Sequence record: NZ_CP041047.1
Strand: one strand, 5' to 3'
Length of the DNA stretch: 64,000 nucleotides
Source: a plasmid
Below the pieces are notes generated by a model. That model saw only the letters and a program-made list of their open reading frames with translations. It was not told the origin of the DNA and did no database searches. Within the stretch, counting starts at the first letter, position 1. Each line of letters opens with the position of its first letter. Positions 9,428-17,755 of this stretch are shown here, piece after piece. A program made the position numbers and the translations under genes.

Positions 9428-9991
9428 TTAAAGGGAAATATAAGCGTCAGGGTTTTCTTCAACAGAAAGAAACTCAATATCTTCGAGATGCATTCCTGCA
9501 TTACGAATACCTACCTCGGATAACCAGGACAGGATTGTTTCATGATCCGGTTCACCAGAAAAATCAACAAAGGCTGGAAGAACCCAGTCGGGTGCATAGC
9601 CCGCGCTATACATAACAGTGGCAGTAAAGCGCCCAACGTGCGGTATTTTGAAAAGAATGGATGCCTGCTCAGGGGTATTAATTACCATGCCGTGCTGATA
9701 GACGACTTCCCAGCTTATCCCATGCTCTCCTGTATTTCCGCGATAGAGATGGTGGCGGTCAACGGCCCAAAGGACACCTTCGCGATCCAACCAGCAGAAA
9801 TAGTTATTATCTGGGGATACAGTGATCCCAAGGTTCATTAACTCAGCCACCAGCAAGCAAGGGTTAATATCAGTTACCGTTTTGATAACCGTCAGTACTC
9901 CCTCGGTTACGGCAGTAACTGTCAGTACCTTCGAGGCACTGATCCAGAATTGATAACCTGCTTCTTTAGCCTTCGCGATTAAATTAAACAT
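9428..9991 (-). CDS. hypothetical protein
   Basis: 187-aa ORF. Confidence 0.5.
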   Translation of the reverse strand: MFNLIAKAKEAGYQFWISASKVLTVTAVTEGVLTVIKTVTDINPCLLVAELMNLGITVSPDNNYFCWLDREGVLWAVDRHHLYRGNTGEHGISWEVVYQHGMVINTPEQASILFKIPHVGRFTATVMYSAGYAPDWVLPAFVDFSGEPDHETILSWLSEVGIRNAGMHLEDIEFLSVEENPDAYISL

Positions 9992-10121
9992 TGTTGCTTC
10001 CCATTGAATGGCAGTTAGGTCAATAACAACATGAGGCTGGTGGGTGACAAACAGAGAAACTGACGATATTTCAAGAAAGAATTTAGCGATGAGAAATACT
10101 GGGGCTGCAATGCAGTCTGTA

Positions 10122-10330
10122 CTTGCCAGCGCTTCGCTCGGCCAACCCCTCGACAGCCCGAAAGCAAGTTTCGGTCTGCCTCACGGTTATCTACGGGCGA
10201 AAGGCGGCACATTTGTGGGGGTGTCAGTGGTAGGGGGAAGTAATAATTCCGTGACATCAGCGTCGTGTTCGCTTGCCAGCGCTTCGCTCGGCCAACCCCG
10301 AGACAACCCGAAAGCAAGTTTCGGTCTGTC
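10122..10330. repeat. two ~59-bp direct repeats 150 bp apart (10122-10180 and 10272-10330), each with a ccgaaagcaagtttcgg hairpin
   Basis: ~90% identical copies; the overlapping +/- ORFs are artefacts of the repeat. Confidence 0.6.
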
Positions 10331-10403
10331 CCGGGGTTCCTGGTAACGACCAGACTTACCGCAGATCTACTATTTCGTTAATCATATGGCCTATGAATAA
10401 GAG

Positions 10404-11093
10404 TTAATCACGATACAACTGGATAAAACTCTCCACCCGGGTTCCATCACAATAGCTCGGCCAGGCATTCATCACAGGCAGTTCTTCCGTTGTGAATCTC
10501 CCCAGTGCCAGCGCTACCGAATACCAGACCGGGAATATCGTATTGGCTGATGTCATATTTCCATTGTTGATTAACTCATAGAGTCCGCGTCCATTCGCCC
10601 AGGCACTTTCTGGTGTATCACCGGCAAGGTAGTTATCGACCCAGATGGATGGTGACAGAGCATGACCTTTCGCCAGTCTCGCTAACGATTCATACCACTT
10701 CAGATATTCCGTGGTTCGCAGTGAGAGAATCGGGATCCCGCCACGTCTTAACAGTGCTGCCGCAGAAAGTGAGTCTACCGGCGCGGCAATTTTATCCAGC
10801 TGGTTACGGGCTTGCTTAATCCGAGCTAATAATCCCGCAGGACTCACCCGGGTGATGTATTTCTCTACCGTCTCAGCAGCCTCAGCTATGCCCGGGGCCG
10901 ACGACCCTTCAACATGGAGGGGGCATAATACAAGGCCGGTATCATCGTGAGTAACCCAGGCAGAATTGTCAGCCGGATTCCTGACGATAGACAACGACTC
11001 ACTTTGACCCAGGATCGTTAACCTGAATGACTGAAGCCGTTCGGCTATCCAGCTGCCTCCATCACCAATAACCTCAATGCGCTCATGACTCAT
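10404..11093 (-). CDS. hypothetical protein (229 aa)
   Basis: ORF. Confidence 0.5.
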   Translation of the reverse strand: MSHERIEVIGDGGSWIAERLQSFRLTILGQSESLSIVRNPADNSAWVTHDDTGLVLCPLHVEGSSAPGIAEAAETVEKYITRVSPAGLLARIKQARNQLDKIAAPVDSLSAAALLRRGGIPILSLRTTEYLKWYESLARLAKGHALSPSIWVDNYLAGDTPESAWANGRGLYELINNGNMTSANTIFPVWYSVALALGRFTTEELPVMNAWPSYCDGTRVESFIQLYRD

Positions 11094-11447
11094 ACCGCAT
11101 CACCTCTGCAAGTGCTTTACATTCAGACCTAATCATAATGGCTTCCCCGTTCGCAACAAAATCAGGGTGAGGACAGGCATAGCCTAACCATACTCAGGAA
11201 ATTTACAGATATGTCGATCCACAAAACGCGCTCAAAACGCTCAGGCGCGTTTTAATCAATCCGATCGTGAAAATACCAGGGGGATAAGCTCAGAATCGTT
11301 CTGAGGCCATTCTGGCGTGGTTTTATCCCAATAACGGATCCTTTTGCGAATACAGATCGATTTCACAAGGGTATTTAGCCGGTATGAGACAGAGATGATC
11401 CGTTTTGATAATCAGAGCGATAAATTATTACTGGTTCCGTTTTGTTT

Positions 11448-11459
11448 ACGCTTGTATCG
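11448..11459. promoter_or_regulatory. conserved 12-mer CGTTTTGTTTAC (motif A)
   Basis: exact copy inside an ORF-free, repeat-rich region. Confidence 0.3.
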
Positions 11460-11981
11460 GGAGGAATGTCATTCCGAACGAGGGTATCGACTTCGCATTG
11501 GCCGTTCTGATAGCCGATCACAATATCCAGGCAGTACGCGCCGCGACAAAAACCCCCGGAGGAAAACCATGTCGGTTATTCACTTTTGGTTTTCCCCGGC
11601 GATTAAAACCCAGGGCAACCTCCGGTTGCCCATAAAAACCCCCGGAGGAAATTCATCTTTCCTCCGACATCGAGCGGTTTGATTATTACCATGCTCAACC
11701 TTCCGATGTAAAAATAGAGAAAACCGACGCTATCGCTTCCGCTTTGTTTACCTTCCATATTCGCGCCCGCGAAATAGCCCGCTGCATTCCCCACCGTTCA
11801 TACCCGGGCGAAAACAATCGCGATCATATTGCGATCATCCTGATTCCTTTCCGTCGCGATAAGTCCGCTATCGCCTATAGGCTCACTAACAGATCGCCTG
11901 AAGGCTCACTAACAAAAATACCAGGTCATCGCCTGGTATTCATGTTTATCCGTTATGTTTACTCCAGAGAATATTGTATTT

Positions 11982-12413
11982 CTAAAGCTGTTTTCTTAGG
12001 TGAGTTATTCGAAGCGAAAGAGCCTGCCGAATTGCACGGTTTTTTCGTAGCTCATCACGCAACCAAATAAGCTGACCTTCATACAGTTCGATAAGCGCAA
12101 GTTCTCGCTGACTTGCGTCCTTAAATTTCGCAGGTGGATATGATTCGCCTTTGTTGAGAGGTAGGTATTTGGGGACGACACGATCAATGCCTCCACCAGC
12201 TTTGCGTAAAGGAGTCAATCTGGCCCAGCGGATCCTGATAGTTGTTCCTTGCCTGGTTACGTTAAAACTGTACCGCGCCTTCTCGTCGTCAGCGATAGCT
12301 TTCTCCCAATATTCCTCCCGAAGACTATTGGCTTCGTTAAACAGAAGTTCTGCGGCTGAATCAACCGCATCGCGAGCCTTTTCCAGATCATTGATATACC
12401 CGACGAGTTGCAT
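11982..12413 (-). CDS. hypothetical coiled-coil protein (143 aa)
   Basis: ORF; terminator hairpin taccagg-tcatcg-cctggta downstream at ~11925-11945. Confidence 0.5.
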   Translation of the reverse strand: MQLVGYINDLEKARDAVDSAAELLFNEANSLREEYWEKAIADDEKARYSFNVTRQGTTIRIRWARLTPLRKAGGGIDRVVPKYLPLNKGESYPPAKFKDASQRELALIELYEGQLIWLRDELRKNRAIRQALSLRITHLRKQL

Positions 12414-12472
12414 AAAACTACCTCGATGATTTTTGATTAGGACTTAACCCCAAAAAAGAGAATCTCTATTAT

Positions 12473-12945
12473 TACGCCAGAACCCTACGTTTCTGGAGAA
12501 AGAGAAAGTTCCTTTTCAGGTTCGATTTTAAGTATTCAGTTCCGAAACAGGAATGATTGATTCTCCAGTTAAGTAACTTTCTGGGTGTTCTCATTTTTTG
12601 GATGTTTCTGGAGAATACAATGGCAATCTGGTGCTTGAGTTATTAATATCAGCCTGTACTGGTACTTTTATCAAGCCATTTTATTTTAATCAAGCTGTTT
12701 GCCAATCTCTATATGATATGGCAGAAAACTACGTTTCTGGGCATTTCTATTTTTTCATAGGTTTCTGGGGAATATAATGGAAACTTACTTTCTCTGACGT
12801 AAAGGTGATTGACGAGATGATTGCCGTCACTGCATAGACCTCATCGTTAGCGCTTATGTGGAATCGCTATATGATATGGCAGAAACCCAGGCTTCTGGAC
12901 TTTACCGTTTTGACTACCTTTCTGGGGAATACAATGGCAACCAGA
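12473..12945. repeat. centromere-like iterons (parC-like): three copies of TTTCTGG(A/G)GAATA(C/T)AATGG(C/A)AA spaced ~157 bp, plus associated CTATATGATATGGCAGAAA/GTTTCTGG sub-repeats
   Basis: copies at ~12606, ~12762 and ~12920, with partner sub-repeats at ~12490, 12707 and 12867; upstream of the parM-like gene. Confidence 0.55.
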
Positions 12946-13434
12946 CCGAAAACAGCCTTACACTTTCACTTGTCTTCAGGATCAATCCTAAATTACATCG
13001 TTATCATGGTGATTCAGGTCACATTTCATAGGTATATATACTAGTTTGAGAGAGTGTTTTTTGGGGTAAAATGAAGGTTTAAAATGCATATTTAAGTGAA
13101 ATTCTTTCTTGTTCTTAAGTCAAATTTTAACGGGATGCCACCTTGAAAAATCCCCACAGCATTCCTTAACTCACGTCTCCTTAACTTGCCTGTCCAGTAT
13201 ATATACTCCGTCAAATTCCCAGGCGGAAAGCCTATCTAAAAGCGTTGTCCTCACAAATTATCATCTAATTTACCCAGTCTAATTTAAGTTAGGGGTTGAT
13301 GATTTTAAGGCTAGATTTAGCCATATATAGTGTCATGTTTCATGCAGCATTTATGTACATAACGGACATCTTAAGCGTCCAAATCTAGCCATTATTAACG
13401 TCAAAAATGGGGGCGTTTTGCCGATAAAAAAAAT

Positions 13435-13478
13435 GGTATTCAATTATCGTTTGAATACCATGTAACAACTTGTTAACG
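13435..13478. promoter_or_regulatory. candidate operator: perfect IR tggtattcaa-N7-ttgaatacca and adjacent IR gtaacaa-ct-ttgttaac
   Basis: ~130 nt upstream of the parM start. Confidence 0.45.
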
Positions 13479-13598
13479 GTTTATTCCCGACGTTGGCAGG
13501 GGGAGGCCACCTTTCATTACGTTAGTGCGACCCCCTTTTTTGGCGCTCAAATGTTATCGGAGTGGCAGTAATTCATTTTTAACTTGCAGGGTTAACGA

Positions 13599-14621
13599 AT
13601 GAGCAATGACAAATTGGTTGTCTGCGGAATTGATATTGGGTACAGCAATGTAAAAATTGCTGTCGGGGATCCAGCGGATGACAAACCCACAGTCAGTATT
13701 TATCCGGCCTACGCAACGAATGAGGCTGTAGAAGATGTGCGGCTGGTAAAGCGTAACTGCGAACACGAAGTGCTTGTCTACCCAGGCGGTAAAGAATGGC
13801 GGGCTTTTACCGAACGCCCCGATGCACGGGAGTTGCATGACCGTTACCACATGACAGAAATGTACCTGGCGCTATATCTGGCCTCACTGGATAAAATAGC
13901 CGCTAAATCTGGCAATGACATCGATCTGGTAGTAACAGGTTTACCTGTTCGTCTAGCCAACGATAGCGAACGCGCAAAACTTACCGCTAGGCTCACCGGG
14001 ACGTTTACCATTGCGCCTGGAAAAACAGTGACTGTTAAAAAATGCCTTGTTCTTCAGCAGGGCGTAGGTGTCATCAATGACATCGTTAACAGACCAGGCC
14101 TTATCAGCCAGGAAGAGTTAGAGAAGGCGACTATTCTCGTGGTTGACCCAGGCTTCTTCTCGATGGACTACATCGCCTTTAAGAGCGGGAGCCGGGTATC
14201 AGGCTCTTCAGGTTCATCACTAAAAGCAACCAGTGCAATTATTGAAAGCATTGTGAATCGCCTTAATGCCGTTAACCCGGAAGAGCGTATCGATGATTTA
14301 CCAGAAATCATTGAAATCGCTCTCCGTAACAATGAACCATCTTTCTTTAATGGGTTCCGCCACATTCCCCTACGCCCTCTGCTTGAAGAAGCAATTCCCT
14401 CCATCGCCAGTGATGTAGTCAAAGAGTTGCGAAAATCGACAAGGGTTCTTGGGCCAGTCCATATCATTGCAGCTGCCGGTGGTGGGACTGGTTTCTATGA
14501 ACAGACTATTCGTGAGGAATTCCCCCGAGCCAGGATCGTATCGAGCCCGTTGCCTGTTGCCAGTAATGCTATCGGTTTCTGGAACTATGGCGTTGACTTG
14601 ATGCTTTACGGTGACGATTGA
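13599..14621 (+). CDS. parM: actin-like plasmid segregation ATPase (ParM/StbA family)
   Basis: phosphate-1 'GIDIGYSNVK', 'VVDPGFFSMDY', adenosine motif 'AAGGGTGFY'; 340 aa. Confidence 0.8.
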   Translation: MSNDKLVVCGIDIGYSNVKIAVGDPADDKPTVSIYPAYATNEAVEDVRLVKRNCEHEVLVYPGGKEWRAFTERPDARELHDRYHMTEMYLALYLASLDKIAAKSGNDIDLVVTGLPVRLANDSERAKLTARLTGTFTIAPGKTVTVKKCLVLQQGVGVINDIVNRPGLISQEELEKATILVVDPGFFSMDYIAFKSGSRVSGSSGSSLKATSAIIESIVNRLNAVNPEERIDDLPEIIEIALRNNEPSFFNGFRHIPLRPLLEEAIPSIASDVVKELRKSTRVLGPVHIIAAAGGGTGFYEQTIREEFPRARIVSSPLPVASNAIGFWNYGVDLMLYGDD

Positions 14622-14635
14622 GCAAAGGGGGGTTC

Positions 14636-15166
14636 ATGCAAGTTCGAGTGACGATTAATCCAATACTGTTTCCAGAGCTGATTAATTATCTGGAATCAAA
14701 ACCGTCTGGCCAGCGTAGTAGTTCTCTATTGGCGCTGGCGAACCGAGCATTGCTAGCGGGTGACAATTTTATACCCGGTGTCGTCCGTGAGACTTCAAAA
14801 AAACGTAAATCAGAACAGAAGAAATCAGTCCGTGGGCCGAATATAGAAAAGGAGACTGGTCTGATGACTAGTCAAAGAGACGGCCACTTACCCAAAGAAA
14901 ATGAGGACAAGGAACCAAAATTTCGTCACGTGGTTAGCGACGATATAGTCAATACAGGCCCGCCGTTTGGTGAGGGCGATGATATTCAGCATCTCGAAGT
15001 AAACGATGGACAGTTATCGACGGCGAACCTAATCAGTCAGCCTGAGCTTACTGGAAACGAACCGGAGCCCAATCCCGGAGATAAATCGGGTTTTGGGGAG
15101 GCAGGTAACAATCAAGGTAGCGGCGTTAATGTAAAGGGTACACCAAGGCGTGTACGCATAAGTTGA
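14636..15166 (+). CDS. ParR-like partition adaptor (putative RHH N-terminus, disordered C-terminus)
   Basis: ATG at 14636 with AAGGGGGG SD, immediately after the parM stop; N-terminus 'MQVRVTINPILFPELINYLE'. Confidence 0.5.
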   Translation: MQVRVTINPILFPELINYLESKPSGQRSSSLLALANRALLAGDNFIPGVVRETSKKRKSEQKKSVRGPNIEKETGLMTSQRDGHLPKENEDKEPKFRHVVSDDIVNTGPPFGEGDDIQHLEVNDGQLSTANLISQPELTGNEPEPNPGDKSGFGEAGNNQGSGVNVKGTPRRVRIS

Positions 15167-15197
15167 TGCCATCGTAGGGTTAGTGGGGAGGGGGGAA

Positions 15198-15758
15198 ATG
15201 CAGAAAGCAACGAAGAGTTTGGTGCTCGCTTTACTATGTGCTGCTTACTGCACGAGTTCGAACGCCAGGCTTGTAGATCTTCGTGGCACTTCCTGGGAAA
15301 AACATTCCCAGAAAGAGTGTGGTCTCGATCCGTACCTTCTCTACGCGGTGGCACTCACCGAGAGTAAAAAAAATGCAGGAACCAAGGGGTATGTTGTTCC
15401 GAGCCCCTGGGCATTGAACAACTATGTTTATGGGTCGTATTACCCGACAAGTTATGAAGATGCCAAGAGAGCGCTAGCCCGCTACCTCTCTGCCACTCCG
15501 GTAACAGATATTGGAATCGTTCAAATTAATTTTCGTTGGAACGGACAGTATGTTAACCATCCTGAAGAACTCTTGGATATCGATACAAACATCCGAATCG
15601 GGGCAAAGACTTTGTGTGCGGCCATCAAAGCTAACCCTGGTGATATAGAACTGGCGATAGGTGGATACAACACTCAAAACCCTAAGTTGGAAGGCAAGGC
15701 TCGTGAATATGGTCAGCGCGTATTACGCGTATGGAAGAGGCTTATCGAAAATGATTAA
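15198..15758 (+). CDS. lytic transglycosylase (Slt-domain, signal peptide)
   Basis: ATG at 15198 after a GGAGGGGGG SD; signal peptide; 'GIVQINFRWNG' lysozyme-like core. Confidence 0.75.
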   Translation: MQKATKSLVLALLCAAYCTSSNARLVDLRGTSWEKHSQKECGLDPYLLYAVALTESKKNAGTKGYVVPSPWALNNYVYGSYYPTSYEDAKRALARYLSATPVTDIGIVQINFRWNGQYVNHPEELLDIDTNIRIGAKTLCAAIKANPGDIELAIGGYNTQNPKLEGKAREYGQRVLRVWKRLIEND

Positions 15759-16281
15759 TCAAAATTTGTATTTTCTACAGACTGCCATCTCAATTATTAC
15801 CCGTGCGCAATCGTTGTATAAAAGCCCTTTTGAGTTAGCAGAAGGAGACCGGGAGTTCTTGATTGAGAAAACTAATCAGGCAAAGCTCGCACTATCGATG
15901 GAGAAGTATGACTTGCCCATCTTTAATATCTGTCATGATCCTGAACGCAAGATTTCTACTGAGGTAGAAAAATTCGTTCGCCATGACTCATACATCCTGC
16001 GGCTTGCTCTGCTGGTATTCAGTATTCGTGTTTTCATTAATACAGGTACTGTCGCCCAAACATTCTACTGGTTTGATAATGAAAAAACCGTCCAGCTTGT
16101 CGAACGTATGGATGATGCACAGACAATTGATGCAATCATAACCGGCAAAATATATTTTAAACCTATTCGTCCATTTGCCGATTTAGTAGATTGTGACTTC
16201 AGTACAGTTATTGGAGCCCCCAACCCAACCTTGGAATTAACAGGCTACTTACAGTCGCGCTATTCTCATTGGAGTAATTGA
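15751..16281 (+). CDS. hypothetical protein
   Basis: start ATGA overlaps the slt stop. Confidence 0.5.
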   Translation: MINQNLYFLQTAISIITRAQSLYKSPFELAEGDREFLIEKTNQAKLALSMEKYDLPIFNICHDPERKISTEVEKFVRHDSYILRLALLVFSIRVFINTGTVAQTFYWFDNEKTVQLVERMDDAQTIDAIITGKIYFKPIRPFADLVDCDFSTVIGAPNPTLELTGYLQSRYSHWSN

Positions 16282-16814
16282 TTATGAAGGCTGCTCTTGT
16301 CCGGGATGAAGATAAATTTGCGTTAACACAAAAAATGGTAAAATTAGGGTTTCGTCGAAAAATCATTGTGCATTCGCTTAATGCGAGTGACCGCGTTATT
16401 GATTTTTTGCGTAAAGAGTTCCATCTGAGTGATGTATCGATCGGACGGCTTAAACATTCAGAAACGCTGCTCAACACGACACATAAAAAAGTTGAAGCAA
16501 CCAATTTTATGAGTATCTATCTGCGACGTTCGAAAGACCCAAACAACAGCGACAACATCGTTGATGTGGTTAGTGCGTTCGAAATTTACCGGGAACTAAA
16601 TCTAAAATTCCGCCCGGAAGAAGCTTCAAAAGTGATGATTGATGCCAATGAGGCCTGGACTCTTGCGCGTGATTTTCGGGCCGAAGAAATACGCATGGTA
16701 AGGTGTTTCCGTTGCGACCTTTCATTTATTTCTCCGCAGAGTTGTGACCGTCCACGGAAAAAACATATTTGTCCGTTCTGCTCTGATGCAGAAGCTGAAA
16801 ATGAAAGCTCGTAA
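16278..16814 (+). CDS. hypothetical protein with C-terminal Zn-ribbon-like CxxC..CxxC
   Basis: ATGA overlap with the upstream gene; 'CFRCD...CPFC'. Confidence 0.5.
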   Translation: MIMKAALVRDEDKFALTQKMVKLGFRRKIIVHSLNASDRVIDFLRKEFHLSDVSIGRLKHSETLLNTTHKKVEATNFMSIYLRRSKDPNNSDNIVDVVSAFEIYRELNLKFRPEEASKVMIDANEAWTLARDFRAEEIRMVRCFRCDLSFISPQSCDRPRKKHICPFCSDAEAENESS

Positions 16815-16836
16815 GTGACTAAGCTAAATTTCATAA

Positions 16837-16868
16837 AAAAGCCCGTTTTAACGGGTTTTTTTATTACC
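16837..16868 (+). terminator. rho-independent terminator
   Basis: gcccgtt-tt-aacgggc followed by T7. Confidence 0.7.
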
Positions 16869-16874
16869 TGGGTA

Positions 16875-16886
16875 CTTCGTCACCTG
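16875..16886 (+). promoter_or_regulatory. motif B (CTTCGTCACCTG orientation) ~55 nt upstream of the lipoprotein gene
   Basis: exact reverse complement of CAGGTGACGAAG, in the same orientation relative to its gene as the minus-strand copies. Confidence 0.4.
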
Positions 16887-16941
16887 AATGAGTCGGGTTA
16901 GTATTGAATAACAAACCTACTGGTGTCCCAAGGAAAATAAA

Positions 16942-17712
16942 ATGAAGAAAATCTCTGGTCTTGCTTTGGTGTCGTTGATGTTGGTTGGTTGTGCGGCTTC
17001 TCAACCCCCGGCTATGCCGGTGGACTCCAATCCATCTGATGCGTTGAAATTTGCCCGAGCGATGGATTTACGTCAAATTACCGATGCTGGCGATCAATAT
17101 CTTATCTATAACGGGTTTTTATCCAATGGCCAGATTGTTCCTCTTAAATCACCGGTTAAAGCTGGTGAAAATGGAGTGGCTAACAGTGGCGGTAATGGGT
17201 TGGCAGATGTTGCAGCTGGCTTCGCTACACACACATCATTCATTCCGGTTCTGTCTGTCTTAACGGCCCGGCGAGCAGCTGCTATTAGTGATGGCATTGT
17301 ACGTGTCGCGTCGTGGAACGGTAAATCTCAGGAAGATAATGAGCGCGAGGTCAACACTATACTCTGGAATACGCTGACCCGAATGGACGGATACAAAGTA
17401 GGGGGAGTGTGCGAGGGTAAAGGTGGTGCTGTTGAAATTCTTGTTCGCCGGAAAGCAACAAACGGCGATTGGTTATCGTATGCCGATATTGCCCCAACGT
17501 TGCCTAAACCACCTATCAACGTCAGCGGTCACGCGACATTCATACTCGGTAATGAATGTTTCAATCTCTATGCAACCCGAGTTTCAAATGTGAAACTGGT
17601 TAAAGCAATGAGTAAAGAACTGGGCGCTCAACGAGCTCTATTCTTGCCTGGTTCCCCTGAGCATGAGCCGATGGTGTTCAGCGACGGCAAGCAGTACCTG
17701 TTCAGGAAATAA
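16942..17712 (+). CDS. lipoprotein, unknown function
   Basis: lipobox 'LMLVGCAAS'; 256 aa. Confidence 0.55.
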   Translation: MKKISGLALVSLMLVGCAASQPPAMPVDSNPSDALKFARAMDLRQITDAGDQYLIYNGFLSNGQIVPLKSPVKAGENGVANSGGNGLADVAAGFATHTSFIPVLSVLTARRAAAISDGIVRVASWNGKSQEDNEREVNTILWNTLTRMDGYKVGGVCEGKGGAVEILVRRKATNGDWLSYADIAPTLPKPPINVSGHATFILGNECFNLYATRVSNVKLVKAMSKELGAQRALFLPGSPEHEPMVFSDGKQYLFRK

Positions 17713-17746
17713 AAAAAAGCCCCGACATAAAATCGGGGCTTTTTAT
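17712..17746. terminator. bidirectional rho-independent terminator
   Basis: gccccga...tcggggc hairpin flanked by an A-run and a T-run. Confidence 0.7.
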
Positions 17747-17755
17747 TTGCCAAGG

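Noticed and set aside
10015..10346. Overlapping 100-aa ORFs on both strands
   Set aside because: Both arise from translating the 59-bp direct repeats; mirror-image amino-acid repeats, no SD.
11344..11794. Plus-strand ORFs 11344..11682, 11405..11635 and 11744..12070 in the repeat-rich region
   Set aside because: Overlapping each other, crossing hairpins and tandem repeats, no SD; the region is more consistent with non-coding origin-like DNA.
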